A program made the translations under genes and the position numbers. 64,000 bases of DNA, from contig CAIKZD010000017.1 in NCBI GenBank assembly GCA_903831805.1, forward strand, positions 77,249 to 141,248. Direction: 5' to 3'. Shown piece by piece: positions 46,116 to 55,857 of the stretch. How positions within the stretch are numbered: the first letter of the stretch is position 1; every line of letters starts with the position of its first letter. The stretch comes from an uncultured bacterium. GTDB lineage: Bacteria > Patescibacteriota > Minisyncoccia > Moranbacterales > UBA2206. A model generated the notes under the pieces. The model worked only from the letters and a program-made list of their open reading frames with translations, did not search any database and was not told the origin of the DNA.

Positions 46116-47261
46116 TTGGAATTTATGAATTCAAAAAAGCCAAAAATTCTAATTGGAATGAGTGGCGGGGTGGATTCTTCTTCTGCGGCCGCCCTGCTCA
46201 AAAACCAAGACTTCCAAGTGAAAGGTCTTTTTTTGAGGCTGTATGGCGAGGAAGAAAAAACGTTGAAAAATATCCAGGATGTGGAAAAAGTCTGCCAAAA
46301 ATTGGACATACCGCTGCAGATCAAAGATGTCAGGCCAAGATTCAAAAAAGAAGTCATGGGCTATTTTTTGGAGGAATATGCATCTGGGCGCACGCCCAAT
46401 CCGTGTGTTTTTTGCAATGAAAATTTTAAGTTTAAAATATTATTAGAAGAAGCGAAAAAGGCGGGAATAGATTATGTGGCGACGGGTCACTACGCGAGAA
46501 TAACCAAAATACAAGAAACGATAAACAAGCAAATTACAAATTACAAATTACAAATTACAAATAAATTTCAAAATCAAAATGTCAAATTAAAGACGGTCTT
46601 CAGATTAAGAACTGCTAAAGATAAAAATAAAGATCAGTCATATTTCCTGTACAGATTGGGACAAAAGGAATTAGCTAGGATTATTTTCCCATTGGGAGAA
46701 TATGAGAAAACCCAAGTGCGGGCGTTGGCGAAAACGTTCGGTCTTGCGGTGAGTGAAAAAAAAGAATCACAGGATGTGTGTTTCATGGCGGGCGTGACTT
46801 TGGACGAATTTTTGAAAAAAAATCTGAAATTGAAAAAAGGCAAGATTGTTGATGCTACTGGGAAAATTTTAGGCATCCATCATGGTTTGCCGCTCTATAC
46901 GATTGGACAGCGAAAAGGCATTCATATCGGCGGCACCGGTCCATACTATGTCGTAGCCAAGGATTTGAAAAAAAATATTTTAACAGTTTCCAATGATCTG
47001 CAAAAATTGCCATTATTTTATAAAGTTGCTATTTTGGAAAAGGTGAGTTGGGTCAGCGCTATACCGCCGCGCTTGGCTCGGGTCTTGGCGCGCAGCCGAT
47101 ACCGAAATCCCTTGGTTTATGCTATAATCAAAAAGCATGGAGCAAATAATGCCGAATGCGAAATAGAGTTTGAAAAACCGGAGAAAGCTCTGGCCAGCGG
47201 ACAGTCAGTGGTGTTTTATGCGAAAACCGGAGAGGTGATCGGCGGCGGGGTGATTGCATGA
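46116..47261 (+). CDS. mnmA: tRNA-specific 2-thiouridylase MnmA
   Basis: PP-loop GMSGGVDSS; GHYAR...KDQSYFL block; carries the heptamer-repeat insertion QITNYKLQITNKFQNQN. Confidence 0.9.
   Translation: MEFMNSKKPKILIGMSGGVDSSSAAALLKNQDFQVKGLFLRLYGEEEKTLKNIQDVEKVCQKLDIPLQIKDVRPRFKKEVMGYFLEEYASGRTPNPCVFCNENFKFKILLEEAKKAGIDYVATGHYARITKIQETINKQITNYKLQITNKFQNQNVKLKTVFRLRTAKDKNKDQSYFLYRLGQKELARIIFPLGEYEKTQVRALAKTFGLAVSEKKESQDVCFMAGVTLDEFLKKNLKLKKGKIVDATGKILGIHHGLPLYTIGQRKGIHIGGTGPYYVVAKDLKKNILTVSNDLQKLPLFYKVAILEKVSWVSAIPPRLARVLARSRYRNPLVYAIIKKHGANNAECEIEFEKPEKALASGQSVVFYAKTGEVIGGGVIA
46528..46592. repeat. In-frame (CAAATTA)n-containing ~65-nt element within mnmA
   Basis: caaattacaaattacaaattacaaattacaaataaatttcaaaatcaaaatgtcaaattaaag; near-identical to leuS 8983..9050. 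Confidence 0.8.
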
Positions 47262-47426
47262 TTGAGAGGTGGGTGTCCCGCACGAAATTCCAATATAAAT
47301 AGAAGTACTATATGGATTTGTGTGCGTAGACGTCTAACGGCTTGGTTTGGAGGTAGATAAAATTTTAATAGCGAATTTCTGCGGGATGCTCATTTTTGTT
47401 GCTTCTCGCTACGCTCAAAGACAAAA

Positions 47427-47708
47427 ATGGCATATACTGACGATGATTTAAAAAATTTAAGCGAGGAAGAGAAGCGGAAACAGTTGCGTAATTTCCAGAT
47501 GGAGATTATCGTAATGGATTCTGATACGCGCAAAATTCAAAATAAAAAGAGCACCTTGGAAATGGAAATCAGGAAGCTGCGAATGGATCAGGAAAGGATG
47601 CGGATTGAGATGGAAAATAAGAAGAAGGAATATGACACGCTCGGTTATCAAATCATCAAAAACGAAGAAGATATGAAAAGATTGAAGAAAAAAATTAATT
47701 TATTATAA
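47427..47708 (+). CDS. Small coiled-coil hypothetical protein
   Basis: 93 aa, highly charged K/E/R heptad-like sequence. Confidence 0.4.
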   Translation: MAYTDDDLKNLSEEEKRKQLRNFQMEIIVMDSDTRKIQNKKSTLEMEIRKLRMDQERMRIEMENKKKEYDTLGYQIIKNEEDMKRLKKKINLL

Positions 47709-47719
47709 ACAATAAAAAT

Positions 47720-47953
47720 ATGGCATCAGAATTTGCCAGCATCGTAATCGCGCAAATTGGCAGTCGAAGCACCGAAGTGGGGAAAGCGGTATATAATTAC
47801 CAAGACAGCGTTAAGGACATTGAAAGAGAGCTGGATCGCGGATCAATTGATGTGGCCGCGGCTATGACAAAGTTACGCGCACGTTTTTCCTATCATTTAA
47901 CTGATGACGATTATCGTAAAATCGAAAAGGAAACTAGGTATAACGTTAAATAG
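47720..47953 (+). CDS. Small hypothetical protein
   Basis: 77 aa; no recognisable motif. Confidence 0.35.
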   Translation: MASEFASIVIAQIGSRSTEVGKAVYNYQDSVKDIERELDRGSIDVAAAMTKLRARFSYHLTDDDYRKIEKETRYNVK

Positions 47954-47961
47954 TTATTCGG

Positions 47962-47982
47962 ATACCCACCCAGATACCCACC
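47962..47982. repeat. Direct repeat ATACCCACC-N3-ATACCCACC upstream of alaS
   Basis: gatacccacc cag atacccacc, followed by tataatatc tataatatc. Confidence 0.6.
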
Positions 47983-48018
47983 TAGACTTTTATAATATCT
48001 ATAATATCTACAACACTT

Positions 48019-49890
48019 ATGACCGCGAACGAACTCAGACAATCATATTTGGAATTTTTCAAAAGCAAAGGACATGCCATCATTCCGAGTGCGCCGGTGG
48101 TGCCGGAAAATGATCCAACCACCCTTTTCATAACGGCCGGGATGCATCCTTTGGTGCCGTACCTGATGGGTGAAAATCATCCACAAGGCACGCGCTTGGC
48201 CAATGCGCAAAAAAGTATCCGCACCATCGACATCGATGAAGTGGGCGACCGCACCCATCACACTTTTTTCGAGATGCTCGGGAATTGGTCGCTGGGCGAT
48301 TATTTCAAGAAAGAAGCCATCTCCTGGAGCTGGGAATTTTTGACTTCGCCGGATTGGCTGGCTCTCGACAAAAATCGCTTGGCTTGTTCAGTGTTCGAAG
48401 GAGACGCAGACGCGCCGTTCGACGCGGAAGCATTCGAAATTTGGAAAGATTTAGGCATGCCGGTTGCACGCATTGCTAAACTCCCGAAGAAAAATAATTG
48501 GTGGGGACCGGCCGGCGTGACCGGGCCGTGCGGACCGGACAGTGAAATGTTCTATTGGATTGGTGACCCCAAGGCCGTACCGGACAGCTTCAATGATGAT
48601 AATGACCTGTGGGTGGAAATTTGGAATGATGTTTTTATGCAATTCAATAAGACTGAGGACGGCCGGTATGAAAAATTGGCGCAGCAGAATGTCGACACCG
48701 GCATGGGACTGATGCGGGTTTTGACGGCCATCAATGGCTTGGACGACAATTATCGCACGGAACTTTTCTGGCCGCTCATCCAAGAAATTGAGAAATTATC
48801 CGGCTTAGAATACGGTGAAAAATCTGATGAGGAATATATCGCCGAAGATCAAAAATGCTGGGTGGATACGCGAAAATCTTTTCGTATCATTGCTGATCAC
48901 ATTAAAGCCGCCGTGTTCATTATGGCGGACGGCGTAGAGCCGGGAAACACTGAACGTGGCTATGTACTTAGGCGCCTCATTCGGCGCGCTATCCGCCAGG
49001 GACACATCCTGGGTATTAAAGAAAATTTCACCACTAAAATTGCGAAAGTGGTGCAGGAAATTTATGGCGCGGTCTATCCGGAAATTTTGGATGACAAATT
49101 AATAGATGAATTAGATAAAGAAGAGGAGAAATTCAGGAAGACATTGGAAAATGGATTGAAAGAATTTGAAAAATTTATAAGTAATCCGGAGGGTAATTAT
49201 ATAACTAGAAAAGTTGGTGATGAGATACAAAAAGCAGATTGGTATGCAAATGATGATACAGCGGATATGGTATTTAATTTGTATCAGTCGTACGGATTTC
49301 CCTTAGAGGTAGTTTTTGAAGAATTAAAAAATAGAAAAATTAATATTGATGAAAATAAATTAAAAGATAAATTTGATAAGAGATATAAAAAACATCAAGA
49401 ACTTTCCCGCACCGCTTCAGCCGGCATGTTCAAAGGCGGGTTGTCCGATACTAAAGAAGAAACGACTGCCTTGCACACAGCGGCGCATCTGATGCTTGCT
49501 GGACTACGGAAAGTTTTGGGCAGTCACGTACATCAAAAAGGGTCGAACATCAACGGTGAAAGATTACGTTTTGATTTTTCCCATGCGGAAAAAATGACTG
49601 ACGAGCAGAAGAAAGCCGTAGAAGAATATGTCAATACAGCTATTGCCGCCAAAATTCCGGTAGAACTGAATGAAATGACCTTGGACGAAGCGCGCGAGTC
49701 TGGAGCAGAAGGGGCGTTTGAAAACAAATATGGCGAGGTGGTGAAAGTCTACAAAATTGAAGGTTTCTCCAATGAGATTTGCGGCGGCCCGCACGTGACC
49801 AACACCGGCGACATCGTCGGCACTTTCAAGATTAAAAAAGAAGAAAGCTCGAGCGCGGGCGTGCGGAGGATCAAGGCAATTTTAGAATAA
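48019..49890 (+). CDS. alaS: Alanyl-tRNA synthetase (short form lacking C-Ala domain)
   Basis: N-terminal FFKSKGHAIIPSAPVVPENDPTTLFITAGMHP... catalytic core; editing domain HTAAHLMLAGL...H..; 623 aa. Confidence 0.92.
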   Translation: MTANELRQSYLEFFKSKGHAIIPSAPVVPENDPTTLFITAGMHPLVPYLMGENHPQGTRLANAQKSIRTIDIDEVGDRTHHTFFEMLGNWSLGDYFKKEAISWSWEFLTSPDWLALDKNRLACSVFEGDADAPFDAEAFEIWKDLGMPVARIAKLPKKNNWWGPAGVTGPCGPDSEMFYWIGDPKAVPDSFNDDNDLWVEIWNDVFMQFNKTEDGRYEKLAQQNVDTGMGLMRVLTAINGLDDNYRTELFWPLIQEIEKLSGLEYGEKSDEEYIAEDQKCWVDTRKSFRIIADHIKAAVFIMADGVEPGNTERGYVLRRLIRRAIRQGHILGIKENFTTKIAKVVQEIYGAVYPEILDDKLIDELDKEEEKFRKTLENGLKEFEKFISNPEGNYITRKVGDEIQKADWYANDDTADMVFNLYQSYGFPLEVVFEELKNRKINIDENKLKDKFDKRYKKHQELSRTASAGMFKGGLSDTKEETTALHTAAHLMLAGLRKVLGSHVHQKGSNINGERLRFDFSHAEKMTDEQKKAVEEYVNTAIAAKIPVELNEMTLDEARESGAEGAFENKYGEVVKVYKIEGFSNEICGGPHVTNTGDIVGTFKIKKEESSSAGVRRIKAILE

Positions 49891-49897
49891 AAAATAT

Positions 49898-51109
49898 ATG
49901 AAAATAATTACCGATGAAAAAATGATTGATGAGTTTTTGGAGCGCGGAGTGGAGGAGATTTATCCCTCTAAACTGGCTTTTCGAAAAAAACTTATGAGTG
50001 GAGAGAGGCTGCGAATCTATCAAGGGTTTGATCCGACCGGTCCCTATCTCCATGTGGGACATGCTATGGGCATCCGGGCTCTCGGGATTTTGCAGAAACT
50101 CGGACATGAAGTGATTTTTTTGGTGGGAGATTATACGGCTAAGGTCGGTGACCCGGACAAAGATACGACGCGGAAAATGTTGACCGACGAAGACATCGAA
50201 AAGAATATGGCCGGCTGGAAAGAGCAGGCGGCCCAACTTGTTGATTTCGGCGGAGACAACCCTGTACGCTTTGAACGGAACAACAAATGGCTTTCAAAAA
50301 TGACGCTGGGAGATATTTTAAAATTAATGTCTAAAGTCACCATCCAACAAATATTGCAAAGAGATTTATTTAAAAAAAGACTGGAAGCGGATGATCCGTT
50401 AAAGTTTCACGAATTGCTCTATCCATTGATGCAGGGATATGACGGCGTAGCCATGGAAGTAGATATGGAGATTGGTGGAGCTGATCAGACTTTCAATATG
50501 CTGTGTGGCCGTGATTTATCCAAGAATTATTTAGGCAAGGAAAAATTTGTGCGGACGAATAAGATGATGGATGCGCCAGACGGAGTGACGATGAGCAAAA
50601 CCAAAGGTAACGGCATAAATTTAGCTGATTCTCCAGAAGACATGTTTGGAAAAGCGATGTCGTATTCTGACAAACACATTTTGTCCGGCTTTGAACTCCT
50701 GACGGATGTTCCTGTAGAAGAAATAAGGGAGATTGAGAAAGCGATGGAACAAGGCGAGAACCCGATGATTTTCAAAAAGAAAATGGCGTATGAAATTGTC
50801 AGGATGATAAAGGGGGCAGAAGCGGCTGCCGCAGCACAGGAAAATTTTGAAAAAGTCTTTTCCAAAAAAGGCACGCCGGATAAAGTGACCTCTATGGAAG
50901 TCACTGCAGAGGCCTCTATAGTGGCCACTATGGTGAGTGTTGGGATGGCGGAATCCAATGCTGATGCCAAAAGAAAGATTGAGCAAGGCGGCGTCAGCGT
51001 GGACGGCGAAAAAATCACCGACATCACCGCCAAAATAACGAAAGAGATGGATGGGCAGATTTTGAAAGTGGGAAAAAGAGAATTTCGGAAATTGAAGGTG
51101 AAAAAATAG
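49898..51109 (+). CDS. tyrS: Tyrosyl-tRNA synthetase
   Basis: HIGH-type motif PYLHVGHAMG; KMSKS-type MSKTKGN; C-terminal S4-like domain. Confidence 0.93.
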   Translation: MKIITDEKMIDEFLERGVEEIYPSKLAFRKKLMSGERLRIYQGFDPTGPYLHVGHAMGIRALGILQKLGHEVIFLVGDYTAKVGDPDKDTTRKMLTDEDIEKNMAGWKEQAAQLVDFGGDNPVRFERNNKWLSKMTLGDILKLMSKVTIQQILQRDLFKKRLEADDPLKFHELLYPLMQGYDGVAMEVDMEIGGADQTFNMLCGRDLSKNYLGKEKFVRTNKMMDAPDGVTMSKTKGNGINLADSPEDMFGKAMSYSDKHILSGFELLTDVPVEEIREIEKAMEQGENPMIFKKKMAYEIVRMIKGAEAAAAAQENFEKVFSKKGTPDKVTSMEVTAEASIVATMVSVGMAESNADAKRKIEQGGVSVDGEKITDITAKITKEMDGQILKVGKREFRKLKVKK

Positions 51110-51129
51110 ATCTGCTTTTGTTATAATGT

Positions 51130-51160
51130 AAAAACCACTCAGAATTTTGGGTGGTTTTTT
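51130..51160 (+). terminator. Rho-independent terminator after tyrS
   Basis: aaaccac tcagaatttt gggtgg tttttt. Confidence 0.5.
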
Positions 51161-51264
51161 GCGCTTGACTTTTTAGCCGGTTTGTGCTATCATTCTGGGC
51201 TAATAGAGCGTTGTCAAATTAATAGAAAAGATGGATAAAATCGATAAAATCGAGGAGGTGCATC

Positions 51265-51801
51265 ATGGTACTTTTTATTGCGTGTACAATTGTCGGGGTC
51301 TGTATATCTTTTAAGATTATTTATTCAAAAAAGAATATAGATTTTTTTGAAAAGATTATATTCTCTATTATGGGTGTGGCGGCAAGCGCATTTATTGGGA
51401 CTGTATCGACAGGAATTGCATCTAAGGTAATTTTGCATTCAATGCAAGAATATGAATACGATAAAATTAATATCGTAGCGATTGACAGCTCGAAGGAGCT
51501 GTCGGGTACCTTCATCCTTGGATTAGGAAATGTCAATCTGGAACAACAGTATGTGTTTTATTATCTGACTGCTGATGGCGGTAAGAAATATGGAGAAGTT
51601 TCAAAATATTCGGCCATTATCTACGAAGAGGAAAGAAGGGATGGCTATATGGCTAAAATCGGTGAAAGAACCGTTTATTCCGACAAGGTTCTCTTCTGGC
51701 TTATCCCCAAGTTCTTGCTGGACGGTAAGGATAGTACGACGTATGCCATACATGTTCCTAAAGGAACGGTTAAGCTTGAGTTCAATATCGATTTGAAGTA
51801 A
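51265..51801 (+). CDS. Hypothetical membrane protein (isolated gene)
   Basis: 178 aa, 2 N-terminal TM; strong SD GAGGAGGT 7 nt upstream; possible promoter TTGACT-17-TATCAT at 51165..51193; terminator downstream. Confidence 0.55.
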   Translation: MVLFIACTIVGVCISFKIIYSKKNIDFFEKIIFSIMGVAASAFIGTVSTGIASKVILHSMQEYEYDKINIVAIDSSKELSGTFILGLGNVNLEQQYVFYYLTADGGKKYGEVSKYSAIIYEEERRDGYMAKIGERTVYSDKVLFWLIPKFLLDGKDSTTYAIHVPKGTVKLEFNIDLK

Positions 51802-51834
51802 AGCTGGCACATGGTGAAAAGCTAGAGGCGTAGC

Positions 51835-51873
51835 GGGCTCTTGAGGATTTCATTTCCTCAAGGGCTCTTTTTT
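51835..51873 (+). terminator. Rho-independent terminator
   Basis: ctcttgagga tttcattt cctcaagggctc tttttt. Confidence 0.65.
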
Positions 51874-51876
51874 AAT

Positions 51877-51905
51877 TTGTCATATTCCCCGATTTATTCT
51901 ATAAT
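51877..51905 (+). promoter_or_regulatory. Sigma70-like promoter TTGTCA-17-TATAAT upstream of ftsA-like gene
   Basis: ttgtca tattccccgatttattc tataat. Confidence 0.5.
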
Positions 51906-51947
51906 TAAATCAAAGTCAGCAAGAGAAATAAAAACTAAAATTAAGTT

Positions 51948-53222
51948 TTGTTTATGGCATTTTTTTCTAAAATTTTAGGCTTTAAGAAAAGTTCTTCGGA
52001 ATTTTATCTGTCATTGGATATCGGCACGGAAGTGGTTAAGGCGCTAGTTTTTAAGATTGATGAAAATTCCGGAGCGGGTATCGTGAAAGGAGCGGGGCGC
52101 GCGCGGCAAGGACTGCGGGATATGCATAGCGGCGCGGTGTCGGATATTTCCGGGGTGATTGTTAATTGTCGGGAAGCCATCAATTTGGCCAAAACGATGG
52201 CGGGCGCCAAGAAAGTGGAAAAAGCCATCGTGGGCATTGCCGGGGAACTGGTGAAAGGCACGACCACGACGGTGCATTATGAAAGGGTTAATCCGGAAAT
52301 CCGCATCGACATTCCGGAATTGAAAAATATCATCCAGAAAGTGCAATGGAAGGCCTTTGATCGTATCCGGCAGCAGTTGGCGTGGGAAACAGGCCACAGC
52401 GAGATTGAAGTGAAGCTCATCAATGCGGTGATTGTGGATGTGCGCATCGATGGATATAAGGTGACCAATCCAGTCGGTTTTCAAGGGCGCGATGTGTCCA
52501 TTTCAGTTTTCAATGCGTATGCGCCGATGATCCATCTGGGGGCGCTGCAAAAAATTGCTGACGAATTGAAATTGGAACTGTTGAACATTGCCGCCGAACC
52601 GTATGCCGTGGCGCGTTCCATGGGCATCGAAGATTCGACGGAATTCAGTGCGGTCTTTATCGACATCGGTGGCGGCACGACGGATGTGGCGGTGGTGCGC
52701 AATGGCGGCCTAGAGGGCACGAAGATGTTTGGTCTCGGCGGGCGAGCGTTCACCAAAAGACTTTCGACTGAATTGGGCATTGGCATCGAAGAAGCGGAAG
52801 TGCTGAAAATCAAATACGCTGAAGGCAAGTTGGGCAAAGATGTGAGCATGAAGATTGAAAAAATTCTGGCCGACGATTGTGATGTGTGGTTGCGCGGCAT
52901 TGAGCTGACACTTTCGGAATTTTCTGAGGCGGATCTGTTGCCCCATCGCTTTTTTCTGTGCGGCGGCGGTTCAGGTTTGCCGGGGATAAAAAAAGCGTTG
53001 CTGAGCAAAGAATGGTGCAAAAAATTACCTTTTGCCAAGCAGATCGAAGTGAGTTTCTTGCAACCGAAAGACGTGGTAAACATCTCTGATGAAACTAAAC
53101 AACTAAAAGATCCGCAAGATATCACACCGATGGGCTTGGCCAATTTGGCGCTGGATTTGGTAGGTGAGGAAAAAATGATGGCCGGAATTTTGCGTCGCGC
53201 TGTGCGAATGATACAAAAATAA
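51948..53222 (+). CDS. ftsA: Actin-like cell division ATPase FtsA
   Basis: LSLDIGTEVVKALV and IDIGGGTTDVAVV phosphate motifs; 424 aa; C-terminal amphipathic helix MMAGILRRAVRMIQK typical of the FtsA membrane-targeting tail. Confidence 0.75.
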   Translation: MFMAFFSKILGFKKSSSEFYLSLDIGTEVVKALVFKIDENSGAGIVKGAGRARQGLRDMHSGAVSDISGVIVNCREAINLAKTMAGAKKVEKAIVGIAGELVKGTTTTVHYERVNPEIRIDIPELKNIIQKVQWKAFDRIRQQLAWETGHSEIEVKLINAVIVDVRIDGYKVTNPVGFQGRDVSISVFNAYAPMIHLGALQKIADELKLELLNIAAEPYAVARSMGIEDSTEFSAVFIDIGGGTTDVAVVRNGGLEGTKMFGLGGRAFTKRLSTELGIGIEEAEVLKIKYAEGKLGKDVSMKIEKILADDCDVWLRGIELTLSEFSEADLLPHRFFLCGGGSGLPGIKKALLSKEWCKKLPFAKQIEVSFLQPKDVVNISDETKQLKDPQDITPMGLANLALDLVGEEKMMAGILRRAVRMIQK

Positions 53223-53231
53223 TTTAAACGT

Positions 53232-55247
53232 ATGCATCAAGCATTTTACATCGACATTGACGAAGAAATCACTTCCATCGTGGAACGGCTGCGACATGCG
53301 CGGGCGAGTGAAATAATTCTGGTGGTGCCTAAACGCGCCTTGCTCATTCAGAGTATCGTTAATTTGCGTATCCTTAAGCGTGAGGCGGATGAAGCCAGGT
53401 TGCAATTGATGATGGTGACGCAGGATAAGCTCGGAAAAATTCTCATTGAAAAAGCTGGGATTTTTGTGCAGCAGAAAATGGATAATATCTCTGATGAGGA
53501 AATCAGTGTGGGCGAAGAAAGTCAGCCGCTGCCGGAGTTCAAAGCGGAGGAGAAGGTCAAAAGTGGTAAGGACCGCTTGAATACTATCGGATCAAGCAGT
53601 TATTTCGATGAAGAGATGGCTAAGGAAAATATTAAAGCCGAACAGATCAAATTACAAATAGAAAAACCTAAAGTGCCAGAGCAAAAATTAGGAAAAGAAG
53701 TTCTGACCAATCGGGAATTGGTTTTAGTTCCGGACAAAGCGGCCGAAAGAAAATTGATGGTGAGACCGGCGTTCGATTTGAAGCCGGCCACACCGGTGGC
53801 AAAAATTCCAGTGATGGCTCCTACGGTGCCTAACGCTAGTGATTTTTTTAATAGAGACGCTAAGTCCAACTCTGTGCCTGCCCCTACTCCTGCTTCTGCC
53901 CCTATTTCTAATCCCAATCTCAACCGTACTTCCAGTCCAAGCTCGAATCCAAATCCCAAGCCAAATTTTCAAGACAAAAAAATAGAAGATTTTTTCTATC
54001 AGTCAAGCGCAATCACGGCGCAGCCGGAAAAAGCGCCGAGTAAAAATAGCAATCCTGAAACTTATAATTTGACCGGCCAAGTGCATCGTTGGTTCTGGGT
54101 TTTTGGTGTTGCCGCATTTCTTTTGGTGGTGGGCATTGGCGGGTATGTTTTTGTTCCGAAAGCGGCCTTGGTAGTTTCAGTCAAGGCGGATTATAAATCT
54201 ATTGATGCGGAGGTCATGGGGAAGATTGCCAGTCCGTCAGTCGACCTCGCCAGCGGCACTATCCCGGCTGCAACCGCTTCTTCTAAACAGGAAGTGACCG
54301 AAAGTTACCCTGCGTCCGGCAGTGGACTTGTTTCCAACCAACACGCGCATGGCACCGTCACGATTTATAATGAATATAGTTCCAGCCCGCAACCACTGGT
54401 GGCCACTACGCGATTCTTGACCGGCGACGGAAAACTGTTCCGCTTGGTCAAAGGCGTGACCGTGCCGGGGACCAGTCTTGAGAATGGTCAAGTTAAAAAA
54501 GGAGAAATAGAAGCTGAGATAGTGGCGGATCAGTCAGGTGATGGCTACAATGTCGGTCCTTCAACGTTCAATATTCCCGGTTTTAAAAGTAGCGGGGTTA
54601 AATATGAAAAAATTTATGCCACTTCAAGTGCGGCGATGACCGGCGGCGGCAATGGAACTAGCGGCGCCAGCGAATCAAAAGTGATAACCGATAATGATAT
54701 AGCCGCGGCCAAGAGCAAAATTCTGGTTTCACTGAATCAAAAGCTCGAAGAAGATATGAAAAAATCCGGCGGAGACGATGCCCTTATTCTGGATGGGGCC
54801 ATAAACCAGTCGGATGTGGTTTACAAACTTTCCAATTCAGCTGGAGACGTGGTGAATTCCTTCCAGCTAACCGCCAGCACCGAGGCCAAAGCTATAGTAG
54901 TCAAACAGAATGATCTTAAGGCGGCCATCGCGGCCATGCTAACTTCGGCGGAGGATGGAAAGAGCGTCGATCCGGGTTCAATTAAAACTGATTTTTCCAG
55001 AGCGGATGTTGATTTTGCCAATGGCACGATCAATATAAAATTCCATGCCACGGGGAAAATTAACTCGGCGGTCACGGCGGAGGTCATTAAGAAGTCTATT
55101 CTTGGCAAGAATGAGGAGCAGGTGAAGGACTATCTTGGCAGCTTACCCAATATTGAAAAAGTGGAGGTGAATTATTGGCCGCCGTTTGTGAGTGGCCGAA
55201 TCCCGCTGATATCCAGCCGTGTAAGCGTGACCCTTGACCCGACTTAG
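53232..55247 (+). CDS. Bitopic hypothetical protein (cytoplasmic N-domain, S/P/N-rich linker, TM, large extracytoplasmic domain)
   Basis: 671 aa; TM WFWVFGVAAFLLVVGIGGYVFV near residue 290; FtsQ/RodZ-like topology but no sequence signature recognised. Confidence 0.5.
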   Translation: MHQAFYIDIDEEITSIVERLRHARASEIILVVPKRALLIQSIVNLRILKREADEARLQLMMVTQDKLGKILIEKAGIFVQQKMDNISDEEISVGEESQPLPEFKAEEKVKSGKDRLNTIGSSSYFDEEMAKENIKAEQIKLQIEKPKVPEQKLGKEVLTNRELVLVPDKAAERKLMVRPAFDLKPATPVAKIPVMAPTVPNASDFFNRDAKSNSVPAPTPASAPISNPNLNRTSSPSSNPNPKPNFQDKKIEDFFYQSSAITAQPEKAPSKNSNPETYNLTGQVHRWFWVFGVAAFLLVVGIGGYVFVPKAALVVSVKADYKSIDAEVMGKIASPSVDLASGTIPAATASSKQEVTESYPASGSGLVSNQHAHGTVTIYNEYSSSPQPLVATTRFLTGDGKLFRLVKGVTVPGTSLENGQVKKGEIEAEIVADQSGDGYNVGPSTFNIPGFKSSGVKYEKIYATSSAAMTGGGNGTSGASESKVITDNDIAAAKSKILVSLNQKLEEDMKKSGGDDALILDGAINQSDVVYKLSNSAGDVVNSFQLTASTEAKAIVVKQNDLKAAIAAMLTSAEDGKSVDPGSIKTDFSRADVDFANGTINIKFHATGKINSAVTAEVIKKSILGKNEEQVKDYLGSLPNIEKVEVNYWPPFVSGRIPLISSRVSVTLDPT

Positions 55248-55320
55248 AAAATTTGCTAAGCTGATTTAGCTGGGAAAACAATAGGAAAAATGAAGGATTT
55301 GAGGCGCGCCGCCTATAGGG

Positions 55321-55349
55321 TTGACAAATAAAAAAAATGGCGCTAGTAT
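55321..55349 (+). promoter_or_regulatory. Sigma70-like promoter TTGACA-17-TAGTAT upstream of infA-ribosomal operon
   Basis: ttgaca aataaaaaaaatggcgc tagtat; about 170-nt leader before infA. Confidence 0.55.
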
Positions 55350-55519
55350 AGTAAAGACATTAAAAATATTGCGAAGTTATAGAGGGAATTTTCCGATACG
55401 CACGAATTTGGTCCGAACACTGTCCTCAAGTATGAAGCTTGCTAAACGCGCGCTTTGTCTTGAGAAAGTTCCGTCTATTTTTTGTTTTCCGGTCGTAATA
55501 TTTTAAGATAAAATTTTTT

Positions 55520-55741
55520 ATGGCAATTGATAAGGAGTTGGTCAAGTTGGAGGGAGAAGTGTTGGAAAATCTTCCTAACGCCACTTTTAAAATAAAATTA
55601 GATAATGGTCACGAAATATTGGCTCATATTTCCGGACGAATGCGCGTGAACTACATCCGCATGATTCCCGGAGACAGAGTGATTGTGGAAATGAGCCCAT
55701 ACGATTTAACTAAAGGTAGAATAGTGCAAAGATTAAAATAA
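55520..55741 (+). CDS. infA: Translation initiation factor IF-1
   Basis: 73 aa S1-like OB fold; [13 protein letters not shown]...IRMIPGDRV. Confidence 0.93.
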   Translation: MAIDKELVKLEGEVLENLPNATFKIKLDNGHEILAHISGRMRVNYIRMIPGDRVIVEMSPYDLTKGRIVQRLK

Positions 55742-55742
55742 T

Positions 55743-55856
55743 ATGAAAGTTCGAGCATCTGTGAAAAAAATTTGTGATAAATGCAAAACGATAAAGCGCA
55801 AAGGCAAGCTTTATGTGATTTGTTCTACGCCAAAACATAAACAACGCCAAGGTTAA
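55743..55856 (+). CDS. rpmJ: 50S ribosomal protein L36
   Basis: [37 protein letters not shown]; 37 aa; zinc-ribbon CxxC...C..H; absent from the ORF track because shorter than its cutoff. Confidence 0.9.
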   Translation: MKVRASVKKICDKCKTIKRKGKLYVICSTPKHKQRQG

Positions 55857-55857
55857 G

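Noticed and set aside
51948-53222. Type IV pilus assembly ATPase PilM instead of FtsA
   Set aside because: The 424-aa length (PilM is ~350), the 1C-subdomain-length insert and the C-terminal amphipathic membrane-targeting helix favour FtsA. No pilN/pilO-like short bitopic genes follow.
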